Of a DNA stretch of 64,000 nt, positions 56,183-64,000 are shown in pieces. Source of the DNA: a virus (lineage: Duplodnaviria; Caudoviricetes). Position 1 is the first letter of the stretch; the number at the start of each line of letters is the position of its first letter. The notes beneath the pieces are model-generated. The model worked only from the letters and a program-made list of their open reading frames with translations, did not search any database and had not been told where the DNA came from. Made by a program: the position numbers and the translations under genes. The stretch is taken from IMG/VR virus record IMGVR_UViG_3300037067_013676, positions 24,535 to 88,534 of that record, one strand, 5' to 3'.

Positions 56183-57871
56183 TTATTTTTGAAAAGCTTT
56201 ATCGTGTATAGATTTTTGTTCTGTAAAAATTGTTTCTTCTTTAACAGTAATTTTTTGCCCGCCTTCAAGTCCTTGAATAGACGAAACTTCAACTTTATTA
56301 TCTTTAAGAGCTTTCTTAAGCTTTGCATTCTCAAACTTCAGATCATTCATTATATCTTCATCAGTCATAGCTTTATTAAACTCTTCGTCTAACTCTTTTC
56401 TACGATTAGCAATAGCAATAGCCTGTTCTGCAACTATTTTAGCATCTAACTGATCTTTTACTGCTTTAGCTTCATTTTTAACTTTTTCTAATTCTAGATT
56501 AGAATTTTCAATCTTTAATTTACTATCCTCAACTTCTTTCTTAAGTGAAGCTAGTTCTGTATCTTTAGCCGTCACAGAGGCAGAAACCTCATCAATAAAT
56601 TTAATAAGCTCCTCAACCGAAGCTTTATTGTATTTAGCTAATAATTCGTTCACTTCCGTGCCTCCTTCTTGGTGACGTTTTAATAAGTCCGTCATTTTTA
56701 ATTCTTTCGCTCTATTTAAAATCTTTTTAATAACTTCATCACTAGAAACTTCTAATTTTTTAAAAGTTTCTGAAGCTTTATTTAATCTTCCAAGAGCATT
56801 TTTTATATTACATTCATCGTGAATTGGATATATTCTAATTTTTTTCTTAGTTTTATCTTTTTTACTTATAACAAAAGTAGATACAGCAAAATGTTCATCC
56901 GCAAGTTCCTGCCTTTCTTTGTAAGAAAGTTTTTTAGCTTTTTCAATTACTTTACCATCTTCATCTATAAAATCAGAACCTTCTAATTGATAAGCATAAC
57001 ACATTTCTATTTTTTCTTCCGTATCTTCATAATCTTCAAAAGAAGCTCCCTCTAGTTTTTTGCCTTTTTTAACTATACTTGATGTAGGCATTAAATCATA
57101 CATATTAATTCCTTGACAAGCTGGACATCTACTTTTAACTTTACTATCTTCAAAATCAATCATTTGAACATCATGCCAACCTTTCATTTTACAAGAAGGA
57201 CATTCTGTTTCATATAAAATTCTGGCAATTGTTTCGTTATCATAATTAAAACTTAATTTGGCTTCTTCCATTTCTTCTTTACCTTCTTCTTCCATTATTT
57301 TTGCAAATTCTAGAACCTTTCCTCTAAATTTACTAAATTCCAGAACTTCCGCATCTGGAAAGGCTGGTTTAGTATTAAATAATAAAGCCCCACCAGCAAA
57401 TTCACAATCTTTTAAATTATATGTTTTATCATCAATAAACTCTCGGTTGCCCCATGCTTCAAAGGATACGCAGAGGTCTTTACTTTTCATTTTTTCTTTA
57501 ACAGTATCATAATCTTCTGGGAAATTGCTTTTCCAAAAACATCCATAAGCAATTATATCATCTTCTTCCAAACTGCCTTCTAACCAAAATCCCACAGTGG
57601 ATTTTCTTAAATGGTCTTTATCTATTGGCTTGCCCGCTAATGTGCCTAGAGCTTTTTTTACTTCTTTTCTAGGTAAAATACATCCATTAAGATTTCTTTC
57701 ATCAACCATTGCATATTTGCATTTAAAAAAAGCAAAATCATGTTCAGAATACTGCATACCTTTTTTCGATAGAATTTCTTTTAATTTATCTTTTTCTTTT
57801 CCTTCTTCAAGAAATTCATAACTTGCGTTAAAAGTCAAATCTTCAAAAAGTATTTTTACATTATCTTTCAT
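56183..57871 (-). CDS. prohead protease fused to scaffold-like coiled coil
   Basis: NLNG..L...EV..AL.TL.GKPIDKDH, VSFEA, FAGGALL; internal CPSC...CPAC; C-terminal acidic coiled coil. Confidence 0.75.
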   Translation of the reverse strand: MKDNVKILFEDLTFNASYEFLEEGKEKDKLKEILSKKGMQYSEHDFAFFKCKYAMVDERNLNGCILPRKEVKKALGTLAGKPIDKDHLRKSTVGFWLEGSLEEDDIIAYGCFWKSNFPEDYDTVKEKMKSKDLCVSFEAWGNREFIDDKTYNLKDCEFAGGALLFNTKPAFPDAEVLEFSKFRGKVLEFAKIMEEEGKEEMEEAKLSFNYDNETIARILYETECPSCKMKGWHDVQMIDFEDSKVKSRCPACQGINMYDLMPTSSIVKKGKKLEGASFEDYEDTEEKIEMCYAYQLEGSDFIDEDGKVIEKAKKLSYKERQELADEHFAVSTFVISKKDKTKKKIRIYPIHDECNIKNALGRLNKASETFKKLEVSSDEVIKKILNRAKELKMTDLLKRHQEGGTEVNELLAKYNKASVEELIKFIDEVSASVTAKDTELASLKKEVEDSKLKIENSNLELEKVKNEAKAVKDQLDAKIVAEQAIAIANRRKELDEEFNKAMTDEDIMNDLKFENAKLKKALKDNKVEVSSIQGLEGGQKITVKEETIFTEQKSIHDKAFQK

Positions 57872-57874
57872 TTA

Positions 57875-58669
57875 TTAATCCTTCTTTTGAAATTCTATAA
57901 TTTTTTTTCTAATTTCGTCTATATTTTTTAATTCCTTCTCCCATATAATTAAAGTATTATATCCATATTTACTATATGTTTCTAAACGTTCTTTATCTCT
58001 TTGTTGTGTATTTCTATGCCAATAGTCTCCAAACATTTCTATTATCTTCTTTTGACCATTACAGTTTATAAAGTCAGGATTAAACCTTTCTATCCAAAAT
58101 CTACCATCCCCCACAAATTTATATTCATTGGGAAACTGTTTATTTAACAAGGTTCTAATTAATTTTTCAGGTTTATTTGGTTTAATTTGTAATCCTTCTT
58201 TGCGTCCTTTTTTTACTTTATTAACATAATTATTATCTTTCCACAGAAAACTACTACTATTTTTCATATTATTTTTATAATCTTCTTTTTGTCTAGAAGA
58301 ATATATTGCTTTTTGATAAGAAACATCATAAAGAAATTTATTTTTTATAGATTTACTTATATTTTTACTCGTTGTATCTTTATAAATTTTATCACTCCAT
58401 CTTAATTTATTCGAACATGAAGTACAAGAATTAGAATATAATCTAATCATTTTTTCTTTACATATTGGGCATGGTTTTTTTGATTTTTTAGAATAAATTC
58501 CATTCCTATACACTAATTTTCTGATAGGTATGTTAAATTTTAAACAGTAAGCATATACTGTACCATAACATACTCCTGTATTTTTGGCAATTTCAAAAAG
58601 AGATTTACCATTTTTTCTTTCGTTTAATAAAAATTCTTTAGTAAAATTAAATTTTATCTTATTTGCCAT
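57875..58669 (-). CDS. Vsr/DUF559-type homing endonuclease (family C)
   Basis: N-terminal HTH-like part; KPNKPEK...FNPDFINCNGQKKIIEMFGDYWH...LIIWE. Confidence 0.8.
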   Translation of the reverse strand: MANKIKFNFTKEFLLNERKNGKSLFEIAKNTGVCYGTVYAYCLKFNIPIRKLVYRNGIYSKKSKKPCPICKEKMIRLYSNSCTSCSNKLRWSDKIYKDTTSKNISKSIKNKFLYDVSYQKAIYSSRQKEDYKNNMKNSSSFLWKDNNYVNKVKKGRKEGLQIKPNKPEKLIRTLLNKQFPNEYKFVGDGRFWIERFNPDFINCNGQKKIIEMFGDYWHRNTQQRDKERLETYSKYGYNTLIIWEKELKNIDEIRKKIIEFQKKD

Positions 58670-58676
58670 TATTCCT

Positions 58677-58949
58677 TTACGGAGTTACATATACTAATGC
58701 AGTACAGTTAGTTATAGTTGTCACTTCAAAACCAGTAGACTGAAAAGGAACGCAGGGAGGCATACCGCCAAGATTTCCTACATTATTTGCCGAAAATTTA
58801 GTATTACCAGCACCATCTTTTATAATTATAGCCCAAGTTGCATTGCTTGGTGTTACCATAATACCACTAACCATAATTTCTGTATTAGGATTTACTAATC
58901 CTCCAGTACTATCTACATAAAATGGGTTAACCCTACTATTATTTGCCAT
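58677..58949 (-). CDS. small beta-rich putative head decoration protein
   Basis: 90 aa between portal and protease; positional call. Confidence 0.45.
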   Translation of the reverse strand: MANNSRVNPFYVDSTGGLVNPNTEIMVSGIMVTPSNATWAIIIKDGAGNTKFSANNVGNLGGMPPCVPFQSTGFEVTTITNCTALVYVTP

Positions 58950-58963
58950 ATTTCTTTCCTTTA

Positions 58964-60709
58964 TTATTTATTTTTGTAAAATTCAATTTGTTTTAATCTG
59001 GCTAAAGCCTCTTTACGAGTTTTGTACGGTCCACCCAAACTTTTTCCAGTTTTTTCTGATAACACATACCATCCATCTTTCTTTTTTGTAATTACCCCAC
59101 TTTCTAAATCTTCTTCAGAAGCTACGATTGTTTTTATAAAATCAATATCGTCATCAGTTAAAGTTTCAGAACAATGTGGGCATTTGGTTCCCCCCATACA
59201 AGATTCTGGAGTTTTTTCATAATCAAATTCTTCATTACATTTTTTACATTTAACTAAACTTATTTCTAAAGTTCCTTTAAAATTTTTAGCCTCCGGTCCT
59301 TGTTTTTTAACTGGAATAGAATCTGATTTTTTAAATGGAGTTATGTCAGCTGGTTTGTTTTCAGTATTTTGTATTACTGGTGCATACATAATTTTATCTA
59401 AATCTTCTTTAGTTTCTGATTTTCTTCTCTTAACTTCTATGTCTAAATCCACTCCACCAACCACTTCTCCATAAGTTTCTTTTGAAAGAACTCCTCTATC
59501 ATACATGGAACGTAAATGATCTCTTATACTATCATTTATAAAGTCTCTAATTGGAGAATAATGAAGCTGTATGTTTGCATTTTCGCCAAACAGTTTAGGA
59601 TGATTTTTAACATTTTTATCTATAATAACTTTCATTACATCTTCTAATAAACTGATAAAATCATTAACTCCACTTTCTACTTCTTTTATAAATGGTCTTG
59701 GGTTAAGTATAGCCTCACGTCTTGAACTAGAAGTTCCTTCAATGATTTCAATTAAACCAAGTCCTGACAAGATTCTTTTTTCTACATTTGTATAGAGAGA
59801 TTGATCTAAAATTCTCTTATACTCTGGAATTAAATGTTCTATCTCAGTATCAAAATTAGAAACATAAGTAGGGGTTCCTTTTTCAGTATTAGATTTAGTT
59901 ACTATATCCTTAATTTTATTTTTAACTTCCTCTAAGTCTGTAGCACTATAAATAAAATCAGGTAAACCTTTAAGAGCTAGATTTTCCGAACCTTTTTTTA
60001 ATAACATTAAATATTCTAAAGCTTTACCAACAATTCTTTCAGATTTTTTATTAATTAATTCATAATTTTTAAGATTTCTATAAAGTCCTCTACGAATTAA
60101 AAATGGAATTGGATATAAACTTGACCAATTTTCATAAGGTTTTTGAATAAAAATTAGTTCATTATTTGTAGCTGGGAGAAGTTTATCATCTTTTTCTTGG
60201 TTGTTTATTTTTAGATAATATTTTTCTTCTCCAATTATTCTTGATTCTCCACCATTTTCAACTCTAATATTAATCCCATCAATAAACCACATTTTAGTTG
60301 GGAGATTAAAAGTACTTCCACCAATTTCAATATTGTTCCATTCACTTCTTAAAAGTAATAAAGATGAATTTTTCCATCTTTCTTTATAATTTTCTTTAGA
60401 AAGAGCTTTTACCCCTACTGGAATTTTACCAATCAAAGAATAATTAATTTTATTAAACCATTCATTAATAAATGAAGTTAAATTCTCATTATTAGATTCT
60501 ATAGTAAAATCTACAGAAGCAGAATTAACTGCAAAATCAAGTATAGAATTAACAACACCAGAAATATCACTAGATAAAACACTTTTTACTTCTAACACTT
60601 GTTCTTTAAAAAGAGTTGGGACTTTTATTTCATCATTACTAGATAATGAAATCATATTCCAAAGCCATGCAAGTGTTGAATTAAATACTGTTCTACTGTC
60701 TTTTGACAT
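58964..60709 (-). CDS. portal protein with C-terminal accessory domains
   Basis: Follows TerL; ~480-aa helical core, then CKKC...CPHC and GWYVLSEKTGKSLGGPYKT.KEALARLKQIEF. Confidence 0.75.
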   Translation of the reverse strand: MSKDSRTVFNSTLAWLWNMISLSSNDEIKVPTLFKEQVLEVKSVLSSDISGVVNSILDFAVNSASVDFTIESNNENLTSFINEWFNKINYSLIGKIPVGVKALSKENYKERWKNSSLLLLRSEWNNIEIGGSTFNLPTKMWFIDGINIRVENGGESRIIGEEKYYLKINNQEKDDKLLPATNNELIFIQKPYENWSSLYPIPFLIRRGLYRNLKNYELINKKSERIVGKALEYLMLLKKGSENLALKGLPDFIYSATDLEEVKNKIKDIVTKSNTEKGTPTYVSNFDTEIEHLIPEYKRILDQSLYTNVEKRILSGLGLIEIIEGTSSSRREAILNPRPFIKEVESGVNDFISLLEDVMKVIIDKNVKNHPKLFGENANIQLHYSPIRDFINDSIRDHLRSMYDRGVLSKETYGEVVGGVDLDIEVKRRKSETKEDLDKIMYAPVIQNTENKPADITPFKKSDSIPVKKQGPEAKNFKGTLEISLVKCKKCNEEFDYEKTPESCMGGTKCPHCSETLTDDDIDFIKTIVASEEDLESGVITKKKDGWYVLSEKTGKSLGGPYKTRKEALARLKQIEFYKNK

Positions 60710-60721
60710 TTTTTTCTATTT

Positions 60722-62341
60722 TTATATTCCTATTTTTGAAAATTCTTTTTTAATTATTTTTGGGGTATTTACAAATTCATTTTGCCATTGTGAAATAGCA
60801 AATACTCTCCAAGCTGCAAGTAAGTGATCTTCTTGACATATTGCTTGGTAAGTAGTTCTATTTCCAGACTGAATTGCAACTATAGAGTTAAGTTGTTGGT
60901 CTAATTTAAAATCGTTAGCTGGGATTTCAACCCTTCCAGGTTCATACAATAAGTCTTTTAACCTTTTAATAGACCACGCTTCAACATACTCTTCTTTATA
61001 AACCATTTTACCATCTTCAAAAATAATATTACCATTATTATCTTTTTCTACTTCTACTGGTATCTTTTCTGCAAAGTGAACCCAACTCAAATGCTCTTTA
61101 GGTATTATTTCTTCTAAAGAACGAAAAATAGCTCTGGAAGTTCCCTCAGTGGTATCTAGTCCAATAAAATTTGCTTCTAATAAAAAAGCTAAATACTTGA
61201 ATATTTTAAACTGTTCTTTATCTATTAAATTGTGTAATGTTATATTATGTGTATATTTAAAACACTTATCCACTTCTTGCAAAACTATTATTTCTGTAGG
61301 TGCTGATTCACCAATATCTGCAGCAATATAAAGATAGTCTGCATTTTTAATTCTCTCTAAAATTAAAATACTTTCAAAGTTATAAAACTTATCTTTATCT
61401 ATTTCAAATGTTTTGAGTATTTTTTTAGGATTATAGTTATTTCTAACTCTATCCATATCCATAACACTTACAGCATCTTCTATTACTTCTCCCAAAACAA
61501 ATACTTTATAACTTGCGGAATCTTCTCCGCCCCTTTCTTTAATTGCTTTCTCTTTTTCTTTTTCATCCCACTTAGGGCTTACAAATTGTGGATAATTAAC
61601 TATAAGATTCTTATTGGCTAAATCATAAAAGGTTTTACCAGCAGGTTTATATCTAGTAAAATCTGTCATGCCCGATGTGCGTAAAACACATCCATTTTCA
61701 GATACAGCATCCAATCTCTTATCATATACTTCTTGGATTTCTTGTGATGCTTCTTCAATATACAATCTATTAAAATGTTGCTGATAAAATCCAGAACCAG
61801 GAGTAGAGCCCTGCAAATTCATGTTTATGCCAAGCACCCTACTGCCGTTTTTCTTTAAGTATATATAATAAGGGTTTCTTTTTACTCTTGAATCAAACAC
61901 CTTTAAAAATGGATGATTTTCAAATGCTTGTATCTCAACTTCCATAATGCTTTCAATATGTCTTGCATCATAAGAAGTGAAACCAATGTTTTCTCCATTA
62001 TTAAGTATCATATCAAGAATTAAATCTATTTGTTCTGTTACAAGTGTTTTTCCATAACGCCTAGCACCAAAACTTATTACTGAACCACTTCTTTCTCTTA
62101 ATTTAAAGTTTAATTTTTTGTTTTCATCAAAAAGAGGACTTAAATTATGTTGTTCAGAATCTACTAAATACTCAAAAGAAAGCATTGGGTACTGGTACAA
62201 TCTTACGTGGCTAAATTTATCTTCTTCAAATCTTGCTAGATTACAATTCTCTAAATCACTAAAAAGACATTCTGTTAAACATACTGGATTGTATAAACAT
62301 TCAACAGCAGACAACTCTTCTTCTGTGATTTTTTCTAACAT
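60722..62341 (-). CDS. terminase large subunit
   Basis: Walker A GARRYGKT, Walker B LYIEEAS, coupling TSG, nuclease IAADIG, GLDTT, DHLLAA. Confidence 0.88.
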   Translation of the reverse strand: MLEKITEEELSAVECLYNPVCLTECLFSDLENCNLARFEEDKFSHVRLYQYPMLSFEYLVDSEQHNLSPLFDENKKLNFKLRERSGSVISFGARRYGKTLVTEQIDLILDMILNNGENIGFTSYDARHIESIMEVEIQAFENHPFLKVFDSRVKRNPYYIYLKKNGSRVLGINMNLQGSTPGSGFYQQHFNRLYIEEASQEIQEVYDKRLDAVSENGCVLRTSGMTDFTRYKPAGKTFYDLANKNLIVNYPQFVSPKWDEKEKEKAIKERGGEDSASYKVFVLGEVIEDAVSVMDMDRVRNNYNPKKILKTFEIDKDKFYNFESILILERIKNADYLYIAADIGESAPTEIIVLQEVDKCFKYTHNITLHNLIDKEQFKIFKYLAFLLEANFIGLDTTEGTSRAIFRSLEEIIPKEHLSWVHFAEKIPVEVEKDNNGNIIFEDGKMVYKEEYVEAWSIKRLKDLLYEPGRVEIPANDFKLDQQLNSIVAIQSGNRTTYQAICQEDHLLAAWRVFAISQWQNEFVNTPKIIKKEFSKIGI

Positions 62342-63084
62342 TTTTTAAGAAGTTTCCACTTTTCCACTAACCAATTCACAAAATCTGGGCTAGTGCCAAG
62401 TATTAGAGACACATCTTCTTTAGTTATTTTGCCTTCTTGATAAAGTTTTACTAAGTGTTGGTTGCCAAAGATGGGATCTGAAAAATAACTATGTTTTTGT
62501 GCTTCCCAAGCATCTGTCCTTATTCTAAGCATAATCATCTTAGAACATTCTGGGCAACGTAAACTACGTGTTGCCTGATTTTGCTCACGCCAAATCTTAG
62601 CTTTTTTTAAGAGTATTTCAAATGCTTTAAAAGCATCATTCTTTTCACTTTGAGAATCACTAGTAAGCCCAAGTGAAGTCTTAAGTTCTCTTATTTTGTC
62701 TAAATTTTTATGGATTGCATCTAGGATTTGTAGAGGTACTGAACCATTTTCTTTTTGAAATAGATCGGCTGAGGTTTGTAATCTCATTTTCTGAAACACT
62801 TCTAAGTATATTAGATCTTTAAGCAGTGCTTTATCAGATATATTATCTAAACTGAAGTCTTCCAAGTACTTATCTAGTAAAGCTCTTCCCATTCTCCTCT
62901 CTTTAACATCGGAGAATTGGGACTCTATATTCATTAATTCAGCCGCAGCCACTCTTTCTTCTTTCTGAGTAGTCTTATCTGCTTGTTGCTTTACATGTGC
63001 TTCTATTTCCACTTCACTCTTATTTCTATATTGTGGTAAATTTTTAAGCTTCGCCACCCTGCCTGCTACTTCTTCTTTATTCAT
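62335..63084 (-). CDS. terminase small subunit candidate
   Basis: First gene of the late operon, overlaps the TerL start; helical with CPEC motif. Positional call. Confidence 0.45.
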   Translation of the reverse strand: MNKEEVAGRVAKLKNLPQYRNKSEVEIEAHVKQQADKTTQKEERVAAAELMNIESQFSDVKERRMGRALLDKYLEDFSLDNISDKALLKDLIYLEVFQKMRLQTSADLFQKENGSVPLQILDAIHKNLDKIRELKTSLGLTSDSQSEKNDAFKAFEILLKKAKIWREQNQATRSLRCPECSKMIMLRIRTDAWEAQKHSYFSDPIFGNQHLVKLYQEGKITKEDVSLILGTSPDFVNWLVEKWKLLKKC

Positions 63085-63591
63085 TATTAGTTAGTATTTA
63101 GTATTTTAAGATAAAAAGATCCTCACCACTCCCCACACACCCTCCCATAATGACATATATACATAAAGTGTCATTTTATACAACCATTATTTTTAAAAAC
63201 CTCACATTTAATCTTATTTATTATTTCTTTTTCTAATCATTTTATAAATCACTTGATAATAATTAACATAAATAAAGTATAATAAGAAATAAAGAACAGT
63301 AATAGTTACTTTTCACCATAAATAAATGAATAAGAATATTAATGTAACATATTGAAACTATTGAAGTTAGATATAAAATAAGTAATAAAGAATCGCAAAT
63401 GTGTATATAGAAACAATCGTAAATGTGTATAGTCGGTATCTTCTCCTACCCCTCTATCTATTTTTGCGAAATACTACCCGCCCTATTCTACCTGTTTATC
63501 GACGAGGATTTAAGTATTAGGTTTTTTGATATTTTTTAATCGCCGGATAAACTACCTAGCTTAAAGCACTCAAGTAATAAGAGAATTTAAC

Positions 63592-63619
63592 TTGACGGAT
63601 TGCAGAATTGAGTTATAAT
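63592..63619 (+). promoter_or_regulatory. sigma70-type promoter P1
   Basis: TTGACG (63592-97), N16, TATAAT (63614-19). Confidence 0.75.
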
Positions 63620-63715
63620 TTAGTTAAGAAGGTGGCTTACCCGCCCGCAAGTTGTAAAGACTTCTTAAGCGTAGCTAATACAAGCCTTCTTATCTAAAAA
63701 TAAACAAAAAAAGAC

Positions 63716-63743
63716 TTGACAAAATTTATTACTGCCTTATAAT
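63716..63743 (+). promoter_or_regulatory. sigma70-type promoter P2 with A-tract UP element
   Basis: TTGACA (63716-21), N16, TATAAT (63738-43); AAAAATAAACAAAAAAAG upstream. Confidence 0.85.
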
Positions 63744-63894
63744 GTAGTCAGAAGTTTAGATTTATTGTTATTTGACAAGTTAGGGAGTTAGGCAAAACTA
63801 AGGTAAGTATCTGACAGCTTAAACTACTTTTTAAGAGTAGAGGGGGCAAATTATCCGAAGTTAAGCCGAAAGGATTAACCGAAAGGAAATCCGA

Positions 63895-64000
63895 ATGAAT
63901 AGATGCCTTTTAATTATTCTATTAGTATTGGCTTTTAGTTTACCTTGCAATAAGGTTAAGGCGGAGCTGATAGACCTTGAAGCGATAGCCAAAATAGAAA
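63895..64000 (+). CDS. signal-peptide protein, probable lytic transglycosylase (truncated by window end)
   Basis: SD AAAGGA; MNRCLLIILLVLAFSLPCNKVKA|ELIDLEAIAKIE. The AIAKIE(S) segment resembles the SLT catalytic Glu motif. Confidence 0.55.
   Translation, partial: MNRCLLIILLVLAFSLPCNKVKAELIDLEAIAKIE

Noticed and set aside
1267-62348. Opposite-strand and alternate-frame ORFs in the track (e.g. 1267..1596, 20727..21209, 38619..39008, 49815..50207)
   Set aside because: They are shadows of well-supported genes, without SDs or recognisable motifs.
63772-63800. Third promoter at TTGACA 63772-77
   Set aside because: No convincing -10 hexamer at 16-18 bp.
1-64000. Genome-wide stop-codon reassignment to explain the TAA at 36320
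   Set aside because: Long ORFs tile both arms in the standard code, and TAA, TGA and TAG all end genes at coupled junctions.
1-64000. tRNA genes, integrase or att site
   Set aside because: No cloverleaf-like sequence or recombinase motif was seen; lifestyle cannot be decided from this window.

Overview
The window is most of an AT-rich (roughly 25-30% GC by eye) tailed dsDNA bacteriophage genome, probably siphovirus-like: it has a tail tube and a 1078-aa tape measure, and no sheath gene was seen. It has two convergent arms. The + arm (1-24020) is an almost gap-free, translationally coupled operon. It opens with a Cas4-like nuclease and thyX, then runs into a ~21.5 kb glycan building and tailoring cluster: 8 GT-A/GT2-like glycosyltransferases, 2 Maf/DUF115-like proteins, 5 radical SAM enzymes (3 cobalamin-binding type, one with a LAGLIDADG intein), minimal TPP E1 alpha and beta subunits, a methyltransferase, NeuB, NeuA, a class III aminotransferase and a VOC protein. 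The - arm (63084-24007) is the morphogenesis operon: TerS candidate, TerL, portal, protease/scaffold, major capsid, head-tail joining genes, a block of small membrane proteins, tail tube, chaperones, tape measure, and tail tip and fibre genes. Eight free-standing homing endonucleases from three families are spread over both arms. An ~810 bp non-coding region at the right end holds two consensus sigma70 promoters that drive a truncated, signal-peptide-bearing putative transglycosylase. No tRNA, CRISPR array, integrase or reverse transcriptase was seen. The best leads are the phage-borne nonulosonate/branched-sugar glycosylation system, a tail-tip gene split by a single in-frame TAA plus a 96-nt insert, and a kissing-loop RNA that covers the ribosome-binding site of an HNH gene. 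All functional calls come from motif recognition by eye; no searches or folding programs were run.
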